Assembly (NCBI GenBank): GCA_965223905.1
Contig: CBDCXV010000011.1
Coordinates: forward strand, 640,001 to 704,000
From: Candidatus Latescibacterota bacterium
GTDB taxonomy: Bacteria; Latescibacterota; UBA2968; UBA8231
Direction: 5' to 3'
DNA: 64,000 nucleotides
Position 1 is the first letter of the stretch; each line of letters opens with the position of its first letter. The notes under the pieces are model-generated. The model had not been told where the DNA came from, made no database searches, and saw only the letters and a program-made list of their open reading frames with translations. Positions 30,553 through 41,010 of this stretch are shown here, piece by piece. The translations under genes were made by a program, and so were the position numbers.

Positions 30553-31566
30553 ATGTTCGATTTCCTCTACGTCGAGGAAGCGGTGCGCGACTGCGAGCGC
30601 ACGCGGGAGATCTGCCGGCGCTTTCCCACCGCCACCATCGTCGACTGTGCCCGCTACGGCGAGATCTTCAACCGCTCCGGCCAGAGCTTCAGGCTCCAGA
30701 AACGCAACCCCGCCCTCATCCTCGCGGCAAAGCAGGGCCGGCGGGTGCTGCCGGCGCCCCCGGGCTACGGAATCGGCAGCAGCAGCAATTTCTACTTCTC
30801 CCACATGCTGAACTGCCTGTACGATTGCCGCTACTGTTTCCTTCAGGGAATGTACCGCTCCGCCCACATGGTGGTTTTCGTCAACTACGACGACTTCATG
30901 GCAGACATCGAGGAGGTGTTCCACGCGGACGCAGCCAGTGCAGAGCAGCTCGTGGAGCCCCATTTTTTCACCGGCTACGATTGCGACAGCCTGGCGATGG
31001 AGGGGATCACGGGATTCGTCGAAGACTTCCTGCCCTTTTTCGCTGCTCACCCGGAAGCGCTGTTCGAGCTGCGCACCAAGAGTGTGCGAACCGCCCCTCT
31101 GAAATCCGCACTCGGCAACGTCGTCGTCGCCTACAGCCTCAACCCGGGGGAGCTGGCCATGTACGAGAGTGGTGCTCCCCCGGTGCGCAGCCGCATCGCC
31201 GCCGCGGCTCGGCTTCAGCAAGCCGGATGGCCCGTCGGCCTGCGCTTCGATCCGCTGATCTGGTGCCCCGGTTTTCACCAGTCGTACCGGGGGCTTTTCG
31301 CCGAAACCTTTACCGAGGTGCGCGGGGACCGCGTCCATTCCGTCTCCCTCGGCACCCTGCGCCTGCCCCGCCCCTTCCACCGCCGCATGGAAGCGCTCTA
31401 CCCCGAAGAAGCGCTGTTCGCCCGCGGCCTCGAGGAAACCGCCGGGGAGACCGGGTATCCCGGCCGCCTTCGCGAAGAGATTCTCGGTTTCTGCCTGGAA
31501 GAGCTGCGGCGATACGTCCCGGAAGAGGTCCTGTTTCCGTGCCTGAGCACCTGCGCCCCGGAGTAG
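30553..31566 (+). CDS. Spore photoproduct lyase-like radical SAM protein
   Basis: NCLYDCRYCFLQG (CxxxCxxC), DCDSLA, ELRTKS, GLRFDP. Confidence 0.85.
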   Translation: MFDFLYVEEAVRDCERTREICRRFPTATIVDCARYGEIFNRSGQSFRLQKRNPALILAAKQGRRVLPAPPGYGIGSSSNFYFSHMLNCLYDCRYCFLQGMYRSAHMVVFVNYDDFMADIEEVFHADAASAEQLVEPHFFTGYDCDSLAMEGITGFVEDFLPFFAAHPEALFELRTKSVRTAPLKSALGNVVVAYSLNPGELAMYESGAPPVRSRIAAAARLQQAGWPVGLRFDPLIWCPGFHQSYRGLFAETFTEVRGDRVHSVSLGTLRLPRPFHRRMEALYPEEALFARGLEETAGETGYPGRLREEILGFCLEELRRYVPEEVLFPCLSTCAPE

Positions 31567-31570
31567 CAAA

Positions 31571-32275
31571 ATGAGCCGGACGGTCCTGGTGACCGGGGCC
31601 AGCGCAGGGATCGGCCGCGCCGTGTGCGAGGCTCGCCTGGAAGCCTGGGATCGGGTCGTCGGCCTCGCCCGCGATTTCGGCAAATTCCCCTGTCAGGGGC
31701 TGACAGGTTTCGATGCGGTCGAGATCGACCTCGCCGACCTCGACGCGCTGCCTGGCCGGCTGGCCGGGATCGCCGCGGCTCACCCGGAGATCGACGCCCT
31801 TGTCTGCAACGCCGGAGAGGCGGTGTTCGGCCACCTCGAGCAGTTTTCCTACGACCGGATTCGCCGCGCTCTCGACCTCAACTTCACAAGCCAGGTCTTT
31901 CTCGTGCGCGCCTTTCTCCCGGGGTTCCGGAGGCGCGGCAAGGGGGATGTCGTGATGATCGGTTCCGAAGCTGCGGTCAAGGGCGGACGCCGGGGTTCGC
32001 TCTACTGCGCCGCCAAGTTCGCCCTCCGCGGGTTCGCGCAATCGATGCGCGAGGAGACCGCGGCCAGCGGAATCCGCGTCGCCCTCGTCAATCCCGGAAT
32101 GGTGCGGACCGCCTTTCACGAAAACCTGGAGTTTCGCCCCGGATCCGAACCGGGCCAGCACCTTTTGCCGGTCGATGTCGCCGCCGCGGTATCACTGGTC
32201 CTCGATGCTCGGAAGGGCGCCGCCATCGATGAAATCTACCTCTCCCCGCAAAAGCGGGTCATCGACTTTGGATGA
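31571..32275 (+). CDS. Short-chain dehydrogenase/reductase
   Basis: VTGASAGIG, CNAG, YCAAKF, NPGMV. Confidence 0.93.
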   Translation: MSRTVLVTGASAGIGRAVCEARLEAWDRVVGLARDFGKFPCQGLTGFDAVEIDLADLDALPGRLAGIAAAHPEIDALVCNAGEAVFGHLEQFSYDRIRRALDLNFTSQVFLVRAFLPGFRRRGKGDVVMIGSEAAVKGGRRGSLYCAAKFALRGFAQSMREETAASGIRVALVNPGMVRTAFHENLEFRPGSEPGQHLLPVDVAAAVSLVLDARKGAAIDEIYLSPQKRVIDFG

Positions 32276-32453
32276 CGGGACTAACCGTTCTGTTTCAGTA
32301 TTGGTGAAGGAATGCCACTTTACCCGCAATCCAAAGCGCTCTCGGCAGGCTATCGAGCGGCTTTGGGGAGGGCATCGGAAGCATTCCCGGAGGAACGGTC
32401 CTCCCGGCCCATGCGCCGACCGGCTGTTGCCTGCACAGCCTGCGGGGTCGCCC

Positions 32454-33113
32454 TCAGAACCTGAAACCCAAACGGACGAAGGGCGTCGCCGAAGACGGAC
32501 CCCCGGCATCGCCATAGAGGGCGCCGGCGTCCATCCGGCGCTCGTGGTAGGAGTTGATGGCCTGTACCTGATCGCGCAGATGGAGAAGGGACCCGAACTT
32601 GGCCCACACCCCGATCGGCACCCAACCGGCCGCCCCATCCCTACCGGTCAGAATTCCGGTGGCCACCGCGGCAGCGGAGAAAAGCAACAGCGAGAATCCC
32701 TGGCGGGATTCCCCGATGTAGAAGAATCCCCCTCCCGGGATCAGCGTCTCGATCGTCAGGGCCGCCACAAGCGAACGGCGAGGCTGGTACGCCGCGAGGC
32801 GGATGGGGATGCGGCGGCTTCCGAGCTCCCGGATCGAGTGGAACTGATCGAGCGAGTAGGTCGCCGGACGCTCGTGCAGGGCGCCGATGACCTCGCGAAC
32901 CGAGATTTCCTCCCCTTCGATCGCGACGACCCGAATCGCCCGAACCTTTCCGGACTTGAGAACCACCTCCCCCCAGGATTCGTCTTCGGCGATCTTTTCC
33001 AAGGTCGCCACTATGAAGTCATCGTCGCCGTAGATAGCCTTCGGAAACACTGACAAACCCATGACGAGGACTGCAATTATCATGTTGCAGCACAGCAATT
33101 TCCTTCGGCACAT
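32454..33113 (-). CDS. Hypothetical exported/membrane protein
   Basis: Hydrophobic N-terminus, LIPGGGFFYIG motif and helices; start uncertain. Confidence 0.5.
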   Translation of the reverse strand: MCRRKLLCCNMIIAVLVMGLSVFPKAIYGDDDFIVATLEKIAEDESWGEVVLKSGKVRAIRVVAIEGEEISVREVIGALHERPATYSLDQFHSIRELGSRRIPIRLAAYQPRRSLVAALTIETLIPGGGFFYIGESRQGFSLLLFSAAAVATGILTGRDGAAGWVPIGVWAKFGSLLHLRDQVQAINSYHERRMDAGALYGDAGGPSSATPFVRLGFRF

Positions 33114-33287
33114 GTGAGTCTGCCTTTGAGATCGGGGAGGAGCGGTGTTTGCGGGACGGGTAGAGGTCTTTTCCTGTCTGTTTAGATTACCGGTGGCTCC
33201 CCGGAATTGTCAAGGTGGGCGCCGACACAAGCGCCCGCTTGCCGGAACGGAAAGCCCGAAAAAGCCAGGAGAGGATCTTTCTTGACC

Positions 33288-34124
33288 ATGAGACCCGAGC
33301 TGGCGGCCGCCGTAGCCGCGGCCCGTGAAGCAGGCCGGATTCTGCTGTCTCATTTCGGAGCCGCAAAGGAAATTCGCGACAAGGGGAAGGAGTCGGGCGG
33401 CCGGTCTTCCCGGTCTCCGGGAGCCGCCCGCTACGATCCGGTCACGCAGGCGGACCTGGAGGTTGACGCCTGTCTGCGCGAGCGGTTGACCGCTGCCAGT
33501 CCAGGCTGCGGCTGGCTCTCCGAGGAAAGCGTCGATTCCCCCAGCCGCATCGGGAAGCGTCGCCTGTGGATCGTCGACCCGATCGACGGCACCATCGAAT
33601 TCATCGACCGGATCGGAGAGTTCGGCACCTCCATTGCCTTGGTAGAGGATGGGGATCCGGTCGTGGCCGTCGTCTTCAACCCGGTGGCAGGGGAGCTGTT
33701 CAGCGCCGTGCGCGGGGGTGGCTGTTTTCTCAACGGCAAGCGGGTCTTCTGCACCGCGGCGAACCGGCTTGACCGGGCAACCTTGATCGTCAGTCGCAGC
33801 GAAACCGCCCGCGGCGAGATCGATCCGTTGCGCCCCCACTTTGCAAGGGTGCGTCCCGTCGGCAGCGTGGCCTACAAACTCGCCCTCGTTGCCGCGGGGC
33901 TCGGCGACCTCAATGTCAGCCTAAAGCCCAAAAACGAATGGGACGTATGTGCCGGTGACCTGCTCGTGCGCGAGGCCGGGGGCCGCATGCTCGATCTCGA
34001 AGGGCAGGTACGGCGTTATAATCAACTCTGCACGCTGGTCAAGCCCGGACTCGTGGCCGGCAACGAGTCCCTCACCGCGCAAATGCTCGAACTCCTGGCG
34101 CGGTTGCCGGAAGGCGCAGCATGA
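33288..34124 (+). CDS. Inositol monophosphatase/CysQ family protein
   Basis: PVTQAD, LSEE, WIVDPIDGT, EWDVCAG. Confidence 0.92.
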   Translation: MRPELAAAVAAAREAGRILLSHFGAAKEIRDKGKESGGRSSRSPGAARYDPVTQADLEVDACLRERLTAASPGCGWLSEESVDSPSRIGKRRLWIVDPIDGTIEFIDRIGEFGTSIALVEDGDPVVAVVFNPVAGELFSAVRGGGCFLNGKRVFCTAANRLDRATLIVSRSETARGEIDPLRPHFARVRPVGSVAYKLALVAAGLGDLNVSLKPKNEWDVCAGDLLVREAGGRMLDLEGQVRRYNQLCTLVKPGLVAGNESLTAQMLELLARLPEGAA

Positions 34125-35842
34125 GAGGCAGCCCCGCAAACGCCGAGATCGTCGATTTCCTCAACCGCCACGGCGCCTTGATGGAACTCAACGGTGACAA
34201 CCCGTTCCGCGTGCGCGCCATGACCAATGCGGCGCGCATGATCGAGGAACTCGGCGTCGATGCCGCAGCCATGGCAGCCGACGGCAGACTGACCGAAATC
34301 GAAGGGATCGGCAAGGGGGTGGAGGAACTGGTTACCGAGTTCGTCCGTACCGGATCGGCGGCTGCCCACGAGGACCTGAAGAGAAAGATCCCCGAAAGCC
34401 TGCTCGAAGTTCTGCGGATTCCGGGGCTCGGAACCAGGAAGGTCAGGGCACTCTACGACGGCGCCGGAATCGAATCTGTCGAGGAACTCGAAAAGGCCTG
34501 CCGGGACGGCCGCCTGGACCGGCTCGGCGGTTTTGGGGCAAAGACTCGGGAGAACATTCTCGCCTCGATCGACCGCCTGCGGGAGTTTGGAAAAAGCTGG
34601 CTGCTACACGAGGCCGCAGCCCAGGCCGGGGAGTTGTGCGAGGCCTTGCGCGCCCTGCCGGCGACGAAGAGGGCCGGCATTGCCGGCAGCCTGCGGCGCT
34701 GCAGGGAGACCGTCAAGGATATCGACATCGTCGCCGGCAGCGACGACCCGGCCGCGGTCTCGGCTGCGTTTGCCGGCCATCACACGGTGCGCGAAGTGAT
34801 CGCCAGGGGGGACACAAAGACCTCGGTGCGCTTGCACAGCGGCATCCAGGCCGACTTGCGGATCGTAGCGGACGCCCGGTTCCCCGCCCTTCTCCATCAC
34901 TTCACCGGCAGCAAGGACCACAACGTCGCCATGCGGTCGCGGGCCCTCGGCCGGGGCATGCGCCTGAACGAGTACGGGCTCTTCACCGGATCCGGAGAGG
35001 CCGTACCCTGTGCGGGCGAGGCCGATCTCTTCGCCGCCCTCGGGCTGAGCTACATCCCTCCGGAGCTGCGCGAGGGCCTCGGCGAGGTCGAGGCCGCCGC
35101 CGAAGGAACGCTTCCCGACCTCATCCTGCCCGGGGACATTCGCGGCATGCTGCACGTGCACACCTCGTACAGCGACGGTAGGGACAGCGTCCCCGAGATG
35201 GCCGCGGCGGTCCGCGGGCGCGGTTATTCCTATCTCGGCATCTGCGACCACAGCCAATCCGCGGGGTACGTGTTCGGACTAAAGCCGGAGGAGGTGGCCG
35301 AACAGCACCGGGAGATCGATGCCTTGAACGAGACCTGGAAAAACTTCCGGGTTTTCAAGGGTATCGAATGCGACATCCGGCGGGACGGCAGTCTCGATTA
35401 CGATGACGAGCTGCTCGCGGGGTTCGATTTCGTCGTCGCCGCCGTCCACAACGGGATGAACATGGACGAGACCAGGCAGACGGAGCGGGTTATCCGCGCC
35501 ATCGAGCACCCCCGCACCCGCATCCTCGCCCATCCCGAGGGCAGGATCCTCAATCAGCGACGGGGCTGGGAGATCGATATGGACGCGGTCATCGAAGCCG
35601 CCGCGGGCAACGGCGTAGCCCTCGAGCTGAACGCGCAGCCGAACCGGCTCGATCTCGACTGGCGCTGGATCAGGAAGGCCCGGGACCGGGGCGTCCGGAT
35701 CGCCATCAACACCGACGCCCACCGGATCGGCCATCTCGATTTCATCGGGCTGGGGGTGAGCCTGGGCCGCAAGGGCTGGCTCGAAGCGGCCGACGTGATC
35801 AATACGCTCGAAACCGGTGCCATCGCCGACCTCTTGGGTTGA
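34121..35842 (+). CDS. polX: DNA polymerase X with PHP exonuclease domain
   Basis: NPFRVRA, AGSLRR..KDID, HFTGSKDHN, HVHTSYSDG, ELNAQPNRLD, NTDAH. Confidence 0.95.
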   Translation: MRGSPANAEIVDFLNRHGALMELNGDNPFRVRAMTNAARMIEELGVDAAAMAADGRLTEIEGIGKGVEELVTEFVRTGSAAAHEDLKRKIPESLLEVLRIPGLGTRKVRALYDGAGIESVEELEKACRDGRLDRLGGFGAKTRENILASIDRLREFGKSWLLHEAAAQAGELCEALRALPATKRAGIAGSLRRCRETVKDIDIVAGSDDPAAVSAAFAGHHTVREVIARGDTKTSVRLHSGIQADLRIVADARFPALLHHFTGSKDHNVAMRSRALGRGMRLNEYGLFTGSGEAVPCAGEADLFAALGLSYIPPELREGLGEVEAAAEGTLPDLILPGDIRGMLHVHTSYSDGRDSVPEMAAAVRGRGYSYLGICDHSQSAGYVFGLKPEEVAEQHREIDALNETWKNFRVFKGIECDIRRDGSLDYDDELLAGFDFVVAAVHNGMNMDETRQTERVIRAIEHPRTRILAHPEGRILNQRRGWEIDMDAVIEAAAGNGVALELNAQPNRLDLDWRWIRKARDRGVRIAINTDAHRIGHLDFIGLGVSLGRKGWLEAADVINTLETGAIADLLG

Positions 35843-35854
35843 GGCCGGCCAGGC

Positions 35855-35925
35855 TGCGTGGAACAGGGTGTGCCGCTGATCTCTTTCAAGAAGGGTCAGC
35901 GCAAGGAGGACGTCGCCAAGCAGCC
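35855..35925 (+). mobile_element. Short remnant of a putative IS-like transposase gene
   Basis: Peptide EQGVPLISFKKGQRKEDVAK resembles, from memory, a conserved GVPxxxFxKGQRKDDVA segment of an IS-associated protein family; sits at the island edge. Confidence 0.3.
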
Positions 35926-35928
35926 CGG

Positions 35929-36870
35929 TCACGGCTGGCGCGGGAGGTCGTCGGCTCGCCGGCCCGCGGTTTCGGCCTCCCCCAGGACCCATTTGCGGAA
36001 AGTCCGCACCTCGGGGCGCTGCCGGGCCGGCGCGGTGGTGATCAGGCAGCAGCGTTCAACCGCCTCGGCCTGGCGCTGGAAGACGGGGACCAGGGTTCTG
36101 CATTCCAGCTCCTGCGCGATCAGCCTCGAGCGTCCGATGGCGGCCCCGAGCCCGGCCACTGCGGCCTGGACCAGCATGCTGTAGAGGCGGAAGCCCGAGG
36201 CCCGCCACAGGTCGGGAGTGGACTGGCCCTGGCGGGCGAACCAGTACGACCAGTCGGCGTCCCATCCCAGGTCGTAGAGCAGGGGCCAGTGGTGCAGGCA
36301 GGCCGGTCGGCGGGGCCGTCCGCGCGCCGCGAGCAAGGCCGGGCTGCAGACCGGCAGCTGCTGCTCCTCGTAGAGCGTCTCCTCCAACAAGATGTCCTCA
36401 CGCCGCGTCAGCGGGCGCGGGGCCGCGGTCTCGCCAGTGTAGGCGAACCAGGCGTCGAAGTCGCGGCGGTCCGGATCGACGCCTCGGTGGTTGGTCTCGA
36501 CCTCGATGGCGATGCCGGGGTGGGCGGCCTTGAAGGTGGCCAGCCGCGGCACCAGCCACTTCTCGGCGACCGCCTCGACCGAGACGATGCGCACGCGGCG
36601 GGGCCAGCGGCGCTGCCGTTCGGAGACGCCGTGGAGATCGCCGAGGATGCGCTGCACCTCCTTCAGGTAGGCCTAGCCGCGGCGGTTGAGGCGCACGCCC
36701 CGATGGCGGCGGTCGAACAGGGGGACCTCGAGATGCTTCTCCAGCCTGCGGACGCGGTGGGCGACGGCGGGCGGGGTGACCCCGAGTTCGGCCCCGGCGC
36801 GGGCGAAGCTCTGGTGGCGGGCGGTGGCCTCGAAGAAGCGCAGGCTGTCGAGTGGGGGCAGGAGCAGCAC
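35929..36870 (-). pseudogene. LysR (GcvA-like) transcriptional regulator with premature stop
   Basis: PPLDSLRFFEATARHQSFARAG HTH, in-frame TAG at 36673-36675 (RRG*AYL), then WLVPRL..F substrate-binding domain. Confidence 0.85.
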
Positions 36871-37364
36871 GGCAGAGAAACCTCTGGAAGGGCTTGGACA
36901 AATGGCTGCTATGGGATCGCCCATTTTCGCGTGGGCGGCAGCCGGTATGCTAGCGGGAAACCGCGGCAGGAGGGGCAAGTCCCCGGGCCGCGGTTAGCAT
37001 CTTATGGGCAAATATAATATGTGCAAAGGCATAAATTTTAGGGATAATGGAAACAGGCCATGGACATAAAAAATATAGTGCAAATAAACCTTTCCTTTTT
37101 AGGAAAATCATGTACTCTCAAACATTTGGTGTAACCGTTCAGTCCCCTGGCTAATGAGCCCCAGGAGAGGAATGGTCGCAGGTTGGTATTAGCGAACGGC
37201 GGAGTGGGTTGGAGGCAGCAGCGAGGGCGCCGGCTGCTGGCGCACGGCGGCGTGACAGGCCATCCTGAGATAATCGAGGACGTTGCGCTGCTGCTGGCGC
37301 AGGGTATCGCGCACCGTGAGCAGGCGCTCTACGAAGCGGCTGCCTTCGGCACTGTGGGTGCCGA

Positions 37365-37422
37365 TTGGGGGTAAAAAAGCACTCCGTTATGGATTCCAGT
37401 ATCCGTGCTTTTTTACCCCCAA
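37365..37422. repeat. 58-bp palindromic insertion (18-bp perfect inverted repeat, 22-bp spacer)
   Basis: TTGGGGGTAAAAAAGCAC...GTGCTTTTTTACCCCCAA; absent from the homologous site of the inner IS66 (GTGCCGAAGCTGG). Confidence 0.85.
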
Positions 37423-37546
37423 AAGCTGGTGTGACGCCACAACATCCCATGACGAAGGGCTCGTTCGGGGTCGTTGTTGGTCGGCTCGACGCCTTCTCTG
37501 CGCACGAAGGTCCACAGGGCCGGCCCGAGGTCGAGGAGGTTGGCGC

Positions 37547-39170
37547 GTAACCGTTCAGTTCCCCTGGCAGGTTGGGGCGGGGGCGGAATGGTAGCAGGTT
37601 GACTATTAACGAATGGGGGAGTGGGTTGAAGGCAGCAGCGAGGGCGCCGGCTGCTTAGACACGGCGGCGTCACAGGCCATCCTGAGATAGTCGAGGACGT
37701 TGCGCTGCTGCTGGCGCAGGGTATCGCGCACCGTGAGCAGGCGCTCTACGAAACGGCTGCCTTCGGCACTGTGGGTGCCGAAGCTGGTGTGACGCCACAA
37801 CACGCCATGGCGAAGGGCTCGTTCGGCGTCGTTGTTGGTCGGCTCGACGCCGGGCCGGCGTGCGAAGGTCCACAGGGCCGGCCCGAGGTCGAGGAGATTG
37901 GCGCAGGTGGCCGCCGTCTTGGCGTCGGCGAACTGCTGCCCATAGCACAAATGAAACCGAAAGCGCAGACACAAATCGTCGATATAGTCCTGGAAGCGGG
38001 CGCGGGACAGGGTACCGTCGCGGACTTGATGCCACCAGGTAAACAGCTGCTCGCTGCGGTCCAACAGGTGTTGACCGACGCGCTCGGCCTCTCCGCCCCG
38101 GGCCACGAACTCCTCGAAGGCGCGCCGCAGGTGAGCCCAGCAGACTTGCCGGCGTCGCAGCGGCAGATGCGCGTAGGCCGAATAGCGATCGCAGCCGACC
38201 ACCGCCCGGTTATCCGCACCCAGCATCTCATCGACCCCGTCGCGGTTACGTCTTTTGCGGATGGAGAACACGGTGACGCCGTCCGTCACCGCGGTCCACA
38301 ACCAGGCCTTGGCGCGGCGCTGGCGCCAGCCGGTCTCGTCGACGTTGACGATGCCCTGTCGGCGAACGAAGGCGCGCGCCTCCTCGACCGCACCCGCCAG
38401 GGCCGTGGCCACTTCCTGTTCCAGCCGGCTGACGGTACCCAGCGACACCTCCAGGCCGAAGGCGTCGGACAACAGCGCCCGGATGTTGCGCTTGCTCAGC
38501 CGGTAGGCCCCGGCCAACAGGCCGACCCAGGCTTGCACGCTGGGACCGAAGGTGTGCCGCGATACGCCCTCGGGCCAACCGGCTTCGGTCAGGCGGTCGC
38601 AGTGACCGCAGCGCAGGGTGTGCAACTGATACTCGATGACCTCGGCCCGCACCGGCGGGATGACGACTGCCTGGTGACGCTGCGGATGGGGATCGTCTCC
38701 CGTCAACAGGTGCCCGCATCCGTGGCACGTACTCGGCTTGACCGGGATCAGTTCGTCCACCTGCTCCACCGATACCCACGAGCGGCCGTGTCCTTCGTGC
38801 CCGGGCTGTCCGCCCGGCGAGCGCCCCGAGGATCGGCGTCGGGAGGCGTCGGTGCGAGGCGAGGAGGAAGCGCCCGATTCCGACGAGGCGGCCCGGGCAC
38901 CGCGGCGGGACCGCCCCTTGCGGCGGGCCAATTCCCGCTCCAGCTCGGCGATCCGCGCCGTCTGTTGTTCCACGATTTGCTCGAGCTGGACAATGCGCTG
39001 ACGCAAGTCGCCTTCGGAAATCGCACTCTCAGGGGGTCTCTTCATGGGGTCGCCGTATCCAGGGAAATCTGCAACACACAACCGATTCCCGAAGATACCG
39101 ACGAACCCCAAAACCCGCGTAGGTATTTCTTTATATGCTCAAACTACTGCAGGGGGGACTGAACGGTTAC
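37547..39170 (-). mobile_element. Intact single-gene IS66-family element (ISBst12-like)
   Basis: Terminal IRs GTAACCGTTCAG / CTGAACGGTTAC; 8-bp TSD GTTGGCGC at 37539-37546 and 39171-39178. Confidence 0.95.
37606..39045 (-). CDS. IS66 family transposase
   Basis: GGQPGHEG, CxxC zinc finger, VDETGW, CWAHL, EPTNNDAERALR. Confidence 0.95.
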   Translation of the reverse strand: MKRPPESAISEGDLRQRIVQLEQIVEQQTARIAELERELARRKGRSRRGARAASSESGASSSPRTDASRRRSSGRSPGGQPGHEGHGRSWVSVEQVDELIPVKPSTCHGCGHLLTGDDPHPQRHQAVVIPPVRAEVIEYQLHTLRCGHCDRLTEAGWPEGVSRHTFGPSVQAWVGLLAGAYRLSKRNIRALLSDAFGLEVSLGTVSRLEQEVATALAGAVEEARAFVRRQGIVNVDETGWRQRRAKAWLWTAVTDGVTVFSIRKRRNRDGVDEMLGADNRAVVGCDRYSAYAHLPLRRRQVCWAHLRRAFEEFVARGGEAERVGQHLLDRSEQLFTWWHQVRDGTLSRARFQDYIDDLCLRFRFHLCYGQQFADAKTAATCANLLDLGPALWTFARRPGVEPTNNDAERALRHGVLWRHTSFGTHSAEGSRFVERLLTVRDTLRQQQRNVLDYLRMACDAAVSKQPAPSLLPSTHSPIR

Positions 39171-39516
39171 GTTGGCGCAGGTGGCCGCGGTCTTGGCGTC
39201 GGCAAACTGCTGACCATACCCCAGGTAATTATGAAACCGCCCACGCACGTCGCTGCCGTAGACCTGGAAGCTGGACCGTTGCAGGGTGCCGTCGCGGACC
39301 CGGTGCCACCAGGTAAACAATTGCTCGCTGACATCCAACAGCCGTTGGCCGACCCAGGCGGCCTCTTCGTCCCGGGTCACGAACTCCTCGAAGGTGCGCC
39401 GAAGATGAGCCCAGCACACTTGCCGGCGTCGCGGCGACAGATGTCCTTAGGCCGAATTTCAACTCCTGGTTCGATGTCTGGAGACGGACCTACCTCAAAA
39501 AGGAGGGTCTTCCTGA

Positions 39517-39792
39517 ATGCAAAACCTTTTTCTGTTGCTGGTCCTTATTTTGGCTGGCTCTGTCAGTCCGGGGGGATCCATATGCTGTCCCTTTCCCCTC
39601 CCTAACGGGCTTGAAGTGGGTGATCGTTGGACCTATTGGTGGAACTATCCGCATGGGCAGGACAGTTTAATCACCGTCGTTGGCAGCCACGAATTGGGGG
39701 AGCAGATTTATTTCTAATTGAATGACGGGGGCTTATACCGGGTAGATGAAGAGCATCGGACCTGGAAATACGATCCCATTTTGGAAAGCGAG
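39517..39792 (+). pseudogene. A-like secreted protein remnant (A0, divergent)
   Basis: AGGAGG RBS, signal peptide, LEVGDRWTY (cf. LAVGNSWTY), in-frame TAA 39715-39717, joined to B sequence at ~39793. Confidence 0.55.
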
Positions 39793-40941
39793 GCGGTGCA
39801 CCTGATCGACCGAGGCCGTCACCGTCACCAGTATCTGCTGGAACGGCGTGCTCACGACGGAAGCGATGGGATCTCATTCGGCCGCTACCTCCTTTATCAT
39901 GAGTGCGACGAAGATCCGGGCCTTTTTATCTGGAGGCGCAGTACTACATATCCTGCAACTTGGCCCACACACCGCATCAGGGACGCCCAGGAACGTCGGC
40001 AACCGCTGCTGATCGTGGCCGACGATCGGCGCATCCGGGACGCGCGCGATAGCATGCCGAAGCGGAATATAGATATATACCAGGATATGCTCTTCGATCC
40101 GTTTCCGGTGGTGGGAACCACCACTTTTGTGATTGGGAGCACCACTTTTTCCCAGGGGCCGGTCGATGCGGTTTATTCCGACAGGGCCGACATCGGTCTG
40201 CGCCAGACCACTTCTAGCGGGAACTTTGATGGCGAGCAGGTGGACCCAGGGGAAGTCGGCTTGGCGATCACCAACATCACCCGCACCGAGGTCACGGGCA
40301 GGGCGGATCGGATCAGAGTGGACGTCATCTTTCTTCCCAGGGCTCCGGCCAACTTCACCGTGGAGGGGGGCGACGGGGCGGCCACCCTGCGCTTGGACGA
40401 TCCGGACGACTTCAGCCTCGATAGATGGGAGTATCAACAACAAGGCGGGAGCGACTGGGTGGAGATTCCCGTCGACGACGACCAATTGACCCGTGACGAG
40501 GCGACGGGGACCCTCTCGTATCCGGTGATGGGCCTGACCCACGGGGAGATGTACAGCTTCTAGGTGCGGGCGCACAACGCCGCGGGGTGGGGGCCGGCCG
40601 CGGGGCCGGTCGAGGTGACGCTCAACACGGCGCCGGAGGTCCTGGGTGACCGGAGTCCCTCGTTCGATGAGAACAGCGAGCAGCCGGTGGCCACGTACAC
40701 GGCCACCGACGCGGAAGGCGACGCGATCACGTGGTCCCTGACGGGGGCAGATTCCGCGGCGTTCGATCTCCCCGCCGACGCTACAGGCAATTCGTTTGAC
40801 CTTACGTTCGGGACGGCGCCGAACTACGAAAATCCGACCGATGCCAACCTGGACACGGTCTACGAGGTCACGGTGGTGGCCACCGACGACGGTATGCCGC
40901 CGCTGCCTGCGAACTATAGTAACAGGACCAGGTGCGCATGA
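39793..40941 (+). pseudogene. C-terminal half of B protease (B0) with FN3 and cadherin-like domains
   Basis: Highly similar to B2/B3/B4; lacks the catalytic HExxH region; GAG>TAG at 40561-40563. Confidence 0.85.
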
Positions 40942-41010
40942 ATCACATCGGGCACCTGCGGTTTACAAATATTTCGTTAACGCGAACGATGGAAGAGAGG
41001 ATAAAGCATC

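Larger units (their letters stand above)
37131..39457 (-). mobile_element. Older truncated IS66-family element (outer copy, interrupted by a related copy)
   Basis: End GTAACCGTTCAGTCCCC at 37131; transposase C-terminal pieces 37188-37546 and 39179-39457 align to the inner copy; 5' half missing. Confidence 0.85.
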
